From positions 1-64,000 of the IMG/VR virus record IMGVR_UViG_3300027969_000082: DNA of 64,000 bases; one strand, given 5' to 3'. The notes beneath the pieces were generated by a model. The model was not told the DNA's origin and did not search any database. It saw only the letters and a list, made by a program, of their open reading frames with translations. Source of the stretch: a virus. A program made the position numbers and the translations under genes. Each line of letters opens with the position of its first letter. Within the stretch, counting starts at the first letter, position 1. Positions 53,478 through 63,143 of the stretch are shown here, one piece after another.

Positions 53478-54019
53478 AAGTATTTGAAATAATTAATGAA
53501 TCTGCTGCATGGCGCAGAAAAGAAGGTAAGAGCAAAGCAGGTGGACTAAATGCCAAAGGTGTTGCTAGTTATCGTCGCGAAAATCCGGGCAGTAAGCTAC
53601 AGACAGCAGTTACTACTAAACCTAGTAAACTAAAAGCAGGATCTAAAGCTGCTAAACGTCGTAAATCATTCTGTGCTAGAATGGGCGGAGTTAAAGGTCC
53701 AATGAAAAAACCTAACGGCAAACCAACACGTAAAGCACTGGCGTTGAGAAAGTGGAATTGTGAAAGTGTAGAGCATATGGTAGAAATGATCTTAGAAAAT
53801 ATGGATCATGACAAAGACAATCAAGCAGTACCTGAATTAAAGGCAGCATTGATTGCTCAAAAGACAAAACTACAAAAGGCAAGCGACGACGAAGTCTATG
53901 ATATCATTGATAACATAATGACACGCATTGCCAAGACACACGGCATCAGCGGCCAGAAGTTGCACGACATGTGGGTTGATCAATATGATCAAGTGCCCGA
54001 TACTTGGATAATGAAATGA
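53474..54019 (+). CDS. Basic two-module protein, putative internal head protein
   Basis: 181 aa; N-terminus MKVFEIINE; K/R-rich AWRRKEGK..GGLN...RRKSFCARM module followed by an acidic module. Confidence 0.65.
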   Translation: MKVFEIINESAAWRRKEGKSKAGGLNAKGVASYRRENPGSKLQTAVTTKPSKLKAGSKAAKRRKSFCARMGGVKGPMKKPNGKPTRKALALRKWNCESVEHMVEMILENMDHDKDNQAVPELKAALIAQKTKLQKASDDEVYDIIDNIMTRIAKTHGISGQKLHDMWVDQYDQVPDTWIMK

Positions 54020-54393
54020 AAGTACACGAAATTATTACCGAAGCTAAAGGTATGAAGAAAATTGATGATACACATAAGTCTGCTATGAAAAACGCAATGA
54101 CGTTCCCGTCAATGAATATGAGTACTGGAAGTGCATATTTAGGATGGCGCATGGGCATTGCAATGGCAGGCGCACCAACCTATCCAACTAAGATGAATGC
54201 TGATAATTGGATTGGAGGTGATCCGCTATTATCAACTTATACTAAAGAAGAAATGGATATTGTCAATGCCGCAGCCAAGGCTGTAGGTGCCGGATCCGCT
54301 CAAAATTGGAGCGGTGACCGTAGTAAAGAAATTGCCGGAACTAATGTAGCAAGTCCGGTTGCCAAACGCAAATTGAACAAATACGGAATATAA
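54016..54393 (+). CDS. Small protein, putative internal head protein
   Basis: Start at ATGA overlap; N-terminus MKVHEIITE. Confidence 0.6.
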   Translation: MKVHEIITEAKGMKKIDDTHKSAMKNAMTFPSMNMSTGSAYLGWRMGIAMAGAPTYPTKMNADNWIGGDPLLSTYTKEEMDIVNAAAKAVGAGSAQNWSGDRSKEIAGTNVASPVAKRKLNKYGI

Positions 54394-54398
54394 ATTTC

Positions 54399-54427
54399 TT
54401 GACATTGTAATCTAATTGTTATATACT
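54399..54427 (+). promoter_or_regulatory. Sigma70-type (early) promoter
   Basis: TTGACA-17 bp-TATACT upstream of RBS AAGGAG of dNMP kinase. Confidence 0.8.
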
Positions 54428-54448
54428 AGCGTTATCTAAGGAGACGCT

Positions 54449-55147
54449 ATGATTATAGGTGTGTGCGGTTTTATTGGTTCAGGCAAAGATACAGTTGCCG
54501 ATTATCTAACTAACTTTCATGGTTTTCGACGAGAATCTTTTGCCAACAGCCTTAAAGATGCAGTAGCACAAGTCTTTGGTTGGGATCGAACCATGCTAGA
54601 AGGCCGTACCAAACAAGCTCGTGAATGGCGTGAACAGGTAGATCCTTGGTGGTCAGAGAGACTTAACATGCCTAACTTAACCCCACGTTGGGTACTGCAA
54701 TATTGGGGTACAGAAGTATGCCGACGAGCATTCCATGATGACATTTGGATTGCTGCCTTAGAAAACAAACTGCGTAATAGTACAGATGATATTGTTATCA
54801 GTGATTGCAGATTCCCTAACGAAATCAAGTCAATTAAAGATGCTGGTGGAATCGTTGTACGAGTCATTCGCGGCTCCGAACCCGAATGGTACGATGCGGC
54901 AATTAGCCTTAATAAGGGCGACCGTGGTAATATGAATTGGGCATTAAGTAGAGCTAAAATAGAAGAATTAAAAATTCATGCTAGCGAAACAGCATGGGTG
55001 GGAACAGAATTTGATGCAGTGCTAGATAATAATTCTACTATTGAAGACCTATTTGCCCAGGTTAGAAATCTGGTTTCAGATCTCCCTGTTTCCACTGAAC
55101 CCCTTCCCTATGTAGAATCCTCTGACAGTTTGCACACACTGTCTTAA
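54449..55147 (+). CDS. gp1: Deoxynucleoside monophosphate kinase (T4 gp1-like)
   Basis: IIGVCGFIGSGKDT P-loop, SFANSLKD, TPRWVLQYWGTE, ISDCRFPNE, HASE. Confidence 0.92.
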   Translation: MIIGVCGFIGSGKDTVADYLTNFHGFRRESFANSLKDAVAQVFGWDRTMLEGRTKQAREWREQVDPWWSERLNMPNLTPRWVLQYWGTEVCRRAFHDDIWIAALENKLRNSTDDIVISDCRFPNEIKSIKDAGGIVVRVIRGSEPEWYDAAISLNKGDRGNMNWALSRAKIEELKIHASETAWVGTEFDAVLDNNSTIEDLFAQVRNLVSDLPVSTEPLPYVESSDSLHTLS

Positions 55148-55403
55148 GATTACTTGGACGAGAATTATTTAGATTTCCGTCCATGTGAAATACATTAAAC
55201 TGTTCAGTAAATTTAGATTTAAATCCACATTTATCGCATACAGATTTCATGCGGTATCCATCCCTGTACCACTTAGGTTCTCCACTACGTATCCCACCGT
55301 GGTGTAGACACGCCTCACATCGCTTACGATAGTAAGTGCGTCCGTTCTTAACATAGTTAATAGCCGCGGGTCTAAGCCCGCAAATACACAAGGGTCTTGC
55401 CAT
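55062..55403 (-). CDS. HNH-like zinc-binding protein
   Basis: CxC, CxxC, CDKC...FHMDGNLNN....NLKTVCANC; start MARPLC (ATG 55403) just after TATAAATA. Confidence 0.7.
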   Translation of the reverse strand: MARPLCICGLRPAAINYVKNGRTYYRKRCEACLHHGGIRSGEPKWYRDGYRMKSVCDKCGFKSKFTEQFNVFHMDGNLNNSRPSNLKTVCANCQRILHREGVQWKQGDLKPDF

Positions 55404-55407
55404 AGTG

Positions 55408-55480
55408 TATTTATACCGGACCTTTTTGACCCCTTTTCTATGGTGTATTAATAGCATTTTTTATCCAAATACTATAAATA
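55408..55480. promoter_or_regulatory. Divergent perfect T4 late promoters (TATAAATA minus strand 55408-55415; plus strand 55473-55480)
   Basis: Exact T4 late consensus on both strands. Confidence 0.75.
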
Positions 55481-55512
55481 CATGTAGAACAAGAACCTTA
55501 GGAGATTCCAAA

Positions 55513-58500
55513 ATGGCATTAAGTTCACCAGGCGTACAAGTCAGCGTAATTGACGAATCATTTTATACACCAGCAGAACCTGGCACAGTCCCTTTGATTG
55601 TGGTAGCAACAGCTGAGAACAAATCAAACGGCGGAGGCACCGGCATCGCCCCGGGAACACAAGTTGCCAACGACGGAACAGTGTATTTGCTAACAAGTCA
55701 GAAAGACCTAGCAGATACTTTTGGAGACCCAGTTTTCAAGACTGACTCTAATAACAACCCTATCCATGCAGGCGAGCAAAACGAATACGGTTTGCAAGCT
55801 GCCTACAGTTTACTAGGTGTTAGCAATCGTGCATTTGTAGTTAGAGCAAATGTTGATTTAGATCAACTAAATGCCAGCGCAGAAGCACCGTCAGCTAATC
55901 CAGCAAACGGTACATATTGGTTAGACACACAAAATACAGCATTTGGTATTTTTGAATGGAACGATGCACCAGCAGCAGCTGGCGGTCAAATGTTTGTCAA
56001 GAAGACACCGATTGTTATTACTGACACAAACAAGATCGATGGTGACATACCAAAGACCTCAGTTGGTGCAATCGGTGATTATGCAGTTGATGCTACACAA
56101 ACTCCAGTATCTATATTCCATAAAAATACTACAGGCGACTGGAATAAAGTTGGTAGTAATGACTGGCAATCAAGCATTCCTACAGTATCAGGTGCTGCAT
56201 TTACATCAGCTACAAATGGTCAAACATTCCTTATCAACACTAATAGTATTGCTATTAGCGTAGGCGGTGCAACCGGAATTGACGGAGTAGTTGAAGACAT
56301 CAACAATGCAAACATTGCTGGTATTACTGCATCCAAATTAAACAACAAAATTCAAATTTTCTCAACAAGCACATCAGTAGATATTGCTGCTGGTACAGCA
56401 TCTCTAACTAATCTTGGACTAACAGCTGGTGTATATGCTGCACCTAAACTAGCAATTGACAAGCACACGGCAGTTCCTCAATGGAAACATGCTTCTAATG
56501 CAGGAAACGTTGCTGCTACTGGTTCTGTCTGGATCAAGACTACTGAACCAAACGGTGGCGCACGTTGGAGAGTCAAGCGTTTTAATGCAGGCACTGCACT
56601 ATGGGAAGCAGCAGAAGCTCCTATATATTCAACAGCATCAGCAGCATTAAATGCATTAGATTCTGCAGGCGGCGGATTAAATCTAGCAGTTGGTACATTG
56701 TTTACACAGTCTAATTCGTACAGTGCCGATACAGCAGAAGCAGACTTTACGGTATATCGTCGTAAGGCGAGCGGAGCAACTACTATTACTTCAGCTGTAA
56801 TTACTGATACAACATTTGATGGCGCCGAAGGTTATAGATTTACTATTAAAGAAAGTACAGTTGGTTCAGCTACTATCTCTGGTGCAACAACAGTTGAGTT
56901 TAATACTGTTGCTACTGGTGCTGGAAAAGGCCTTGCTGATGCTGACCTTATTGCTAGTGCAATTAACGCCGCTGGTCTTACTAATGTGCAAGCGTCGATC
57001 GACAGTCAAAACCGCATAGTGATTACTCATTCTAAAGGCGGCGAAATGGCATTTGAGGACACGTACTACAATACCACAGGATTTATACCTGAATCAGGCC
57101 TTGGTGTTGCAGCTAATATGATTTCACTTGGTTCTCAAAAGTATATTGCTTCATTATGGGCACCATTAAGCTACACAGCAGGTATGGATGCTCCTATGGC
57201 ATTGGCAGCAGATGGCGCACTATGGTACAGTTCAGTAATTGACGAAATTGACATTATGATTCATGATGGTACTACATGGGTTGGTTATGCTAGTGTTGCT
57301 GGTACAGATCCAGCAGGTCCTATTGTAAGTGCTACTAAGCCTGATATGCAAAGTGATGAATCAGCATTAGTTACTGGCGATCTATGGATTGATACTAGCG
57401 ACATTGAAAACTTTCCAACTATCTACAAATATAATGCAGATTTAGCAGTAGGACAACGTTGGGTATTAGTCGACAAGACCGATCAAAGCACAGAAGATGG
57501 TATCTTATTTGCAGATGCTCGAGCAGGCGCAAATGGTGGATCAGCTACATCAGCACCAGACTCAACTATTGTTGAATTGCTAGATAGTGCTTTCTTAGAC
57601 TTCGATGCTCCAGATCCTGCACTATATCCAAAAGGTATGTTGCTATGGAATCTACGTCGTTCAGGATTTAACGTTAAGAAATTTGTACGCAACTATGTTG
57701 ACCTAGCTGGCGACAACGGTCGTCAAGGTGGCGCATCAATGGCTCTTTACTATCCACATCGTTGGGTAACTGAAAGTGCCAACCAAGCCGACGGTTCTGG
57801 TACATTTGGTCGTAAGGCACAACGTGCAGTGGTTGTACAAGCTCTACAGGCAACTGTAAATGCTAACCAAGACATCCGTGATGAAGAAAGCCGTGTGTTT
57901 AACTTAATTGCTTGCCCAGGTTATCCTGAGCTAATTGGTGAGTTAATCAGCTTAAACTACGATCGTGGTTTAACTGCATTCGTAGTTGGTGATACCCCTG
58001 CTCGTTTAACAGCCGATGCAACTAGTTTGTTAGCATGGGGCAATAACCTAAATGGCGCATTAGAAGACAACGATATTGGTGCAACTAGCTTTGACGAATA
58101 CATGGGTATGTTCTATCCATGGGGTTATACAAGCGACAACTTTGGTAACAATGTTGCTGTTCCTCCAAGCCACATGATCTTAAGAACTATTGCTCTAAAC
58201 GACCAAGTTGCTTATCCATGGTTTGCACCAGCAGGTGTACGTCGTGGTGGTATTACTAACGCAACAGCAGTTGGTTATATCAGCGGCGAAGGCGAGTTTA
58301 AATCAGTTGCACTAAACACTGGACAACGTGATACATTATATGAAGCAAAGATTAATCCTATTACATTCTTAACAGGTACAGGCCTAGTTAATTATGGTCA
58401 AAAGACACGTGCTCGCGCAGCAAGTAGCTTAGATCGTATTAACGTAGCACGTCTAGTTTGCTACTTACGTAGACAACTAAGTGCATTAGCTAAGCCATAT

Positions 58501-58752
58501 ATCTTTGAGCCAAACGATAAGGTAACTAGAGACCAGATCAAGAACGCAGTTGATGGATTGATGCTTGAGCTAGTTGGTCAACGTGCATTGTATGATTACG
58601 TAGTAGTTTGCGACGAATCTAACAATACTCCTTCAAGAGTTGATCGTAACGAACTATGGATTGATATTGCGATTGAGCCAGTTAAGGCAATTGAATTTAT
58701 CTACATTCCATTACGCTTGAAGAATACTGGCGAAATCGCCGCATTAGGTTAA
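55513..58752 (+). CDS. gp18: Tail sheath protein (T4 gp18-like)
   Basis: MALSSPGVQVSVIDES; PWFAPAGVRRG, INPI, GQKT, LDRINVARL, FEPND, CDESNNTP, IEPVKAIEFIYI. Confidence 0.95.
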   Translation: MALSSPGVQVSVIDESFYTPAEPGTVPLIVVATAENKSNGGGTGIAPGTQVANDGTVYLLTSQKDLADTFGDPVFKTDSNNNPIHAGEQNEYGLQAAYSLLGVSNRAFVVRANVDLDQLNASAEAPSANPANGTYWLDTQNTAFGIFEWNDAPAAAGGQMFVKKTPIVITDTNKIDGDIPKTSVGAIGDYAVDATQTPVSIFHKNTTGDWNKVGSNDWQSSIPTVSGAAFTSATNGQTFLINTNSIAISVGGATGIDGVVEDINNANIAGITASKLNNKIQIFSTSTSVDIAAGTASLTNLGLTAGVYAAPKLAIDKHTAVPQWKHASNAGNVAATGSVWIKTTEPNGGARWRVKRFNAGTALWEAAEAPIYSTASAALNALDSAGGGLNLAVGTLFTQSNSYSADTAEADFTVYRRKASGATTITSAVITDTTFDGAEGYRFTIKESTVGSATISGATTVEFNTVATGAGKGLADADLIASAINAAGLTNVQASIDSQNRIVITHSKGGEMAFEDTYYNTTGFIPESGLGVAANMISLGSQKYIASLWAPLSYTAGMDAPMALAADGALWYSSVIDEIDIMIHDGTTWVGYASVAGTDPAGPIVSATKPDMQSDESALVTGDLWIDTSDIENFPTIYKYNADLAVGQRWVLVDKTDQSTEDGILFADARAGANGGSATSAPDSTIVELLDSAFLDFDAPDPALYPKGMLLWNLRRSGFNVKKFVRNYVDLAGDNGRQGGASMALYYPHRWVTESANQADGSGTFGRKAQRAVVVQALQATVNANQDIRDEESRVFNLIACPGYPELIGELISLNYDRGLTAFVVGDTPARLTADATSLLAWGNNLNGALEDNDIGATSFDEYMGMFYPWGYTSDNFGNNVAVPPSHMILRTIALNDQVAYPWFAPAGVRRGGITNATAVGYISGEGEFKSVALNTGQRDTLYEAKINPITFLTGTGLVNYGQKTRARAASSLDRINVARLVCYLRRQLSALAKPYIFEPNDKVTRDQIKNAVDGLMLELVGQRALYDYVVVCDESNNTPSRVDRNELWIDIAIEPVKAIEFIYIPLRLKNTGEIAALG

Positions 58753-58755
58753 TCC

Positions 58756-58763
58756 TATAAATA
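58756..58763 (+). promoter_or_regulatory. T4 late promoter TATAAATA
   Basis: Exact consensus before the tube gene RBS AGGAG. Confidence 0.75.
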
Positions 58764-58781
58764 CTATACAGGAGCTATAAT

Positions 58782-59402
58782 ATGGCAATCGCAACACTAA
58801 ACAAATTTTCAGTACCACTAGCTGGTTCTCCACAGAACCAGGGTATGTTGATGCCAAAGTTAAAGTATCGTTTCCGCGTTACTTTACAAAACTTTGGTGT
58901 TGGCGGAAATACTACTGAAATCACTAAAATGGTAGTGGACTTCACTCGTCCTACTATCACTTTTGATGATATCACACTAGATACATACAACAGCAAGATC
59001 TTCATGGCTGGTAAGCATACATGGAGTGACGCTACTCTAAACGTTCGCGATGACGCTAACGGTAACGTAACAAAACTAGTAGGTGAACAACTACAGAAAC
59101 AATTCGACTTCTTCGAAATGTCATCTGCAGCATCTGCAGTTGACTATAAGTTCGTTACAGTTTGTGAAATCTTAGACGGTGGTAACGGTGCATTTACTCC
59201 TAATGTTCTAGAAACATGGGAATTATATGGCTGCTACTTAAAGGCTGCAAACTACAACAACGTAGCATACAATGCTAACGAAGCTGCTACTATTGCATTA
59301 ACAATCAAGTTTGATAATGCACAACAAACAGCTCAAGGCACAGGCGTTGGTACTAATGTTGGTTGGTCTGGTGCAAGTACACTAGCTACTGGCGTTAAGT
59401 AA
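58782..59402 (+). CDS. gp19: Tail tube protein (T4 gp19-like)
   Basis: PKLKYRFRV...RPTITF...AGKHTW...WELYGCY...LTIKFDNA; follows sheath. Confidence 0.85.
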   Translation: MAIATLNKFSVPLAGSPQNQGMLMPKLKYRFRVTLQNFGVGGNTTEITKMVVDFTRPTITFDDITLDTYNSKIFMAGKHTWSDATLNVRDDANGNVTKLVGEQLQKQFDFFEMSSAASAVDYKFVTVCEILDGGNGAFTPNVLETWELYGCYLKAANYNNVAYNANEAATIALTIKFDNAQQTAQGTGVGTNVGWSGASTLATGVK

Positions 59403-59418
59403 TCTACTTAATAAGTAC

Positions 59419-59445
59419 AAAAAAGCAACTTCGGTTGCTTTTTTT
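59419..59445 (+). terminator. Intrinsic terminator (potentially bidirectional)
   Basis: AAAAAAGCAAC-TTCG-GTTGCTTTTTTT. Confidence 0.85.
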
Positions 59446-59491
59446 GTGATTTGATTATATACCCAGTTAATTTAATTGGCTAAATATTGTT

Positions 59492-60574
59492 ATGGCAAGT
59501 AAATCAATTGGTCAGTTTATAACTGATGTATCAAATCCTAAAGGCAATGTTGCCGACTTCCGTCATGCGGCAAGGATGTTTTCTGATGACAGTTTTAGAC
59601 TAGCCCCTAAAAGCAAGTTTAATTATCACGTGTCTTTTAGCATTGATACTAGAGCATTAAAAAGTTTAAATTTTGACTATCGACATAGAAATGAAATTAA
59701 TATGCTGGTTAAGAAATGTGAATTACCTAAATTTACAATTGCTACAGAAGTATTAAATCAGTACAACAGAAAAAAAATTGTACAAAATAAAGTTGACTAT
59801 TCTCCAATTAACATATCATTTCACGATGATCGATTAGGGGTTACTCGTCAACTATGGGAAAACTATTTTGCATATTATTATGCAGATTCTACAGTGGCTA
59901 AACGTGCAGGATCATATAATAGAACAGCAATGGCCGGATCGTCTTTTATTAAAACTCCGTATGGGTTTGACAATAACAGCAGTGTGCCTTTCTTTCAAAA
60001 GATTACCATTTATCAAATGGCCAATAAACAGTATGCCAGCTATACTCTAGTAAATCCGGTCATTACTGCATGGAATCATGATTCATTAGATTACGGATCG
60101 AGTGTTCCTGCAGAGCAATCAATGACTGTAGCGTATGAAGCGGTATCATACGATACTGGATATGTTAGTCAAGGCAATCCTCCGGGATTTGGTCAAGATC
60201 ACTATGATACATTGCCTAGCCCGTTAAAATTAGCAGGCGGATCTAGTAATAATCTTTTTGGTCCAGCAGGTGTATTAGCAGGCGCTGAATCAGTATTTGG
60301 AGCAGTTTCTAGTATGCTGTCTGATCCAAGTAGCGTAACTATTAATGATATATTGCGAACTGGTACGCAGGCAATTAACACTTATAACAGTGCTAAAAAT
60401 CTTAATATGGCTGCTGTAAGAAATGAACTAAGTACTGCTGGATATAATGCAGCAGTGACTGGTGCTAGATCAATAGCTAATCAACCTATTAGTGGATTAA
60501 CTAATTTTTCATTCCCATTAGGTGACGGTGGCGCACCTAATACTATAGCATCTCCACGTAATTTAGGACCGTAA
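59492..60574 (+). CDS. Tail tube-like baseplate-tube junction protein (gp48/gp54-like)
   Basis: LVKKCELPKF...NQYNRK...YSPINISFHDD...YTLVNPVIT.W.HD.LDY tube fold; TAAATA at 59481. Confidence 0.6.
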   Translation: MASKSIGQFITDVSNPKGNVADFRHAARMFSDDSFRLAPKSKFNYHVSFSIDTRALKSLNFDYRHRNEINMLVKKCELPKFTIATEVLNQYNRKKIVQNKVDYSPINISFHDDRLGVTRQLWENYFAYYYADSTVAKRAGSYNRTAMAGSSFIKTPYGFDNNSSVPFFQKITIYQMANKQYASYTLVNPVITAWNHDSLDYGSSVPAEQSMTVAYEAVSYDTGYVSQGNPPGFGQDHYDTLPSPLKLAGGSSNNLFGPAGVLAGAESVFGAVSSMLSDPSSVTINDILRTGTQAINTYNSAKNLNMAAVRNELSTAGYNAAVTGARSIANQPISGLTNFSFPLGDGGAPNTIASPRNLGP

Positions 60575-60951
60575 TGAGTACTACAATGAATTTACCTAGG
60601 GTAACTACCAGTAATGATAGTGCCGACCAAGTTAAAAGTTTCTTTGACAGATATTTCCAACATCAAGTTACATTTCCCAGTAATCAAATTGATGCTGTTT
60701 TAGGATATTTTTTAAAACGCGGATTTCAAGAAGAAGCTGCAAAAAGTACAAGCATTGTACTGTTAAATCAAGCCCGCATAGATAATATTCCAGTATTTCA
60801 ATTATTAGACACACTAAAAGGTCTTACTGATATACAGCTAAGTCAGGTTGTTACTGAAGTACTAAACATATACCGCGAGAAATCTTCGGCGTTAGGTTTC
60901 AAGATTTTGCAAACAGAAGAAACCATAGAAAGTCGAAATATTAAACCATAA
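60574..60951 (+). CDS. Hypothetical protein
   Basis: 125-aa ORF translationally coupled (TAATG) on both sides. Confidence 0.6.
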   Translation: MSTTMNLPRVTTSNDSADQVKSFFDRYFQHQVTFPSNQIDAVLGYFLKRGFQEEAAKSTSIVLLNQARIDNIPVFQLLDTLKGLTDIQLSQVVTEVLNIYREKSSALGFKILQTEETIESRNIKP

Positions 60952-61388
60952 TGAGTCGATTTGCTCAAGGTAAATTCACAATAACTAACCCAGACAAATA
61001 TGTAGGAAATAAACTTCCAACATATCGCAGCTCTTGGGAATGGCACTTTATGCGATTCTGTGACCAAGATCCTCGCATAATGAAATGGGCCAGTGAAGCT
61101 ATTAAAATCCCCTACAAAGATCCATTTACCGGCAAGGGCACAGTATATGTACCTGATTTTTTCATACAATATGCAGATGCTAAGGGTAAGATGCAAGTTG
61201 AACTTATTGAAGTAAAACCACAGAATCAAACAGTATTTGAAAAAGTGGGCAAGAATAAACATAATCAATTACAGTTTGCAAAAAATCAAGTGAAGTGGCG
61301 AGCAGCATATGAATGGTGCGCAAAACAAGGCATAAAATTTAGAGTTTTAAATGAACAAGACTTATTCCACAATGGCAAAGTGAGATAA
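60951..61388 (+). CDS. gp4: Head completion nuclease (T4 gp4-like, TnsA-N fold)
   Basis: NPDKYVG...YRSSWE..FM.FCD....WASE...IPY...YVPDF...IEVKP. Confidence 0.88.
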   Translation: MSRFAQGKFTITNPDKYVGNKLPTYRSSWEWHFMRFCDQDPRIMKWASEAIKIPYKDPFTGKGTVYVPDFFIQYADAKGKMQVELIEVKPQNQTVFEKVGKNKHNQLQFAKNQVKWRAAYEWCAKQGIKFRVLNEQDLFHNGKVR

Positions 61389-61396
61389 GTATTATT

Positions 61397-61876
61397 ATGA
61401 AAAAACTTGAAGAAATCCTAAACTTGCCCGAAAGCAAAAAAACTATTAAAAAAGCTGAGAAAGAAAAAGCTGACGAAGTAGCACAACCGTTTCTTCGTGA
61501 CATGTCAGAATTTGACAAAATTGCTGCTAGTTTGCCTGCTGTTAAAGGGTTAGGAGATGCGGCAGATGCTGAGTTTGATGCACTAGCACAGCGAGCCACA
61601 GACGCCTACGATGACCTTATGGATCTAGGTATGAACGTCGAAGCACGTTACAGCGGACGTATATTTGAAGTTGCAGGCGGCATGTTAAAAAATGCTATTG
61701 ATGCTAAAGCAGCTAAAATTGACAAGAAACTTAAGATGATTGAATTGCAACTTAAGAAACAAAAACTTGATCAAGACGCAGGAGATAGTGACGGCGGCAT
61801 AGATGTTACTGGTACTGGCGTGATCGTATCAGACCGTAATAGTTTGATCGAAAAACTAAAAAATATGAATAAATAA
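61397..61876 (+). CDS. Probable terminase small subunit
   Basis: 159 aa, helical; RIFEVAGGML...AIDAK...K.K...IVSDRNSLI resembles T4-like gp16; near the large terminase. Confidence 0.5.
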   Translation: MKKLEEILNLPESKKTIKKAEKEKADEVAQPFLRDMSEFDKIAASLPAVKGLGDAADAEFDALAQRATDAYDDLMDLGMNVEARYSGRIFEVAGGMLKNAIDAKAAKIDKKLKMIELQLKKQKLDQDAGDSDGGIDVTGTGVIVSDRNSLIEKLKNMNK

Positions 61877-61893
61877 TACATCAGGACTTCAAT

Positions 61894-62496
61894 ATGAAAT
61901 CGTTTACAGAATACTTAATGGAAAGCAAAGAAGAGAAGAAATACTCTTTTAAAATTAAAATCGCCGGAGATCTTCCAGAGAACTGCGAAGATGTTATGGA
62001 AACTGCTTTACAAAAATATCAAGTAGCTAAGTTTACAAAGACTAAGACTACCCCTATACAAGCTAAACTTCGTGACTTTCCTACAATGGAAAATGCACAG
62101 GTTAGTATTTTTGATGTTGAATTAGAATATCCAACAACTAGTGCTGTATTAACTAGCTACATGTTAGAGCAAACTGGCCTAACAGCTGAACGTATTAAAG
62201 TGCGTAGTCCATTGGAAGATGCAGAAAGCGAATTAAATGCAGAGCATCTTGAAGTTGATAACAAAGCACTATTGACACAAGATTACCAAAAAGAAAATAA
62301 TCAAAATACTGTTGGTGACAAAGGCGTTAGTAACTTTCTTAAAGACCTAGCAAAGATTAGAAAAGAACAAGTACAATACAAAGGTGTAAACGATGCTATC
62401 CTAGCAAAAAAGGCACCTAAAGAAAAAGCACAAGATCAAGCTAAACCAAGTGCTGGCACAAGTCCAATAGGTTCTGCTAAAGGAAAAACAAAATGA
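61894..62496 (+). CDS. Hypothetical protein with capsid-targeting-like N-terminus
   Basis: 200 aa; MKSFTEYLME; TAAATA at 61870. Confidence 0.6.
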   Translation: MKSFTEYLMESKEEKKYSFKIKIAGDLPENCEDVMETALQKYQVAKFTKTKTTPIQAKLRDFPTMENAQVSIFDVELEYPTTSAVLTSYMLEQTGLTAERIKVRSPLEDAESELNAEHLEVDNKALLTQDYQKENNQNTVGDKGVSNFLKDLAKIRKEQVQYKGVNDAILAKKAPKEKAQDQAKPSAGTSPIGSAKGKTK

Positions 62497-63086
62497 ACTT
62501 TAACGAATTAATGCAAAAAATGCGTGACTTAGATGCTCCAGTTAGTGAAGAATTAAAAGGTGGCCAGAAGAAACTAGATGTTGACAAAGATGGCGACATT
62601 GAAGCGGACGATTTAAAAGACCTACGTGATAAAAAAGTTGATGAAGAAGTTGTTGATGAGTGCGGTATGATGCCTCCTATGGGTGGACCTGGACAACAAG
62701 ATTCTATTAGTGCAAACATTAGCATGAATGCTAGTGGCGCCGGTGGCATACGAGACTTAATGGCTATCTTACACAACATTGAGAACGGTAGTAGCGCACA
62801 TAGTGGGGATGAGCACGATATGGCCGTTGCAATTGATACTATGGACGAACCAGAGCCACTACTTGGTATGGACGAAGCAGAAGGTGGTGGATTTGATCAC
62901 GCAAGCACAACTCCTAATCCACAAATAGCTCCATTAGGTGCTGCATTTCCAAAAGGCAATGATATTTCTAGTCATGGCAACAATGAAAGACCTAAAGTAA
63001 ATGGTGGCGGTAATCCTTATTCCGTAACTGCTGAAAGTTTAATTCCAAGACTTAGCTCTTTATATCACGAAGTAAAAAGTCGTTAA
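62493..63086 (+). CDS. Acidic low-complexity protein, possible prohead core protein, with EF-hand-like loop
   Basis: 197 aa; LDVDKDGDIEADDL; several V-x-E sites. Confidence 0.55.
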   Translation: MNFNELMQKMRDLDAPVSEELKGGQKKLDVDKDGDIEADDLKDLRDKKVDEEVVDECGMMPPMGGPGQQDSISANISMNASGAGGIRDLMAILHNIENGSSAHSGDEHDMAVAIDTMDEPEPLLGMDEAEGGGFDHASTTPNPQIAPLGAAFPKGNDISSHGNNERPKVNGGGNPYSVTAESLIPRLSSLYHEVKSR

Positions 63087-63103
63087 TTAGCTATAAGCTA
63101 CTC

Positions 63104-63129
63104 AAAGAGGCCCAGGTGGCCTCTTTTTT
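63104..63129 (+). terminator. Intrinsic terminator
   Basis: AAAGAGGCC-CAGGT-GGCCTCTTTTTT. Confidence 0.8.
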
Positions 63130-63143
63130 ATTGTAAATAAAAG

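Noticed and set aside
55405-55512. ORF-track N-terminal extensions of sheath (55405), gp14-like (52537) and HNH-like (55457)
   Set aside because: The extensions cross the promoter boxes; better starts are 55513, 52483 and 55403
60951-61388. TnsA-like transposase indicating a Tn7 element
   Set aside because: Motifs and context match the T4 gp4 head completion nuclease; no other transposon genes or ends
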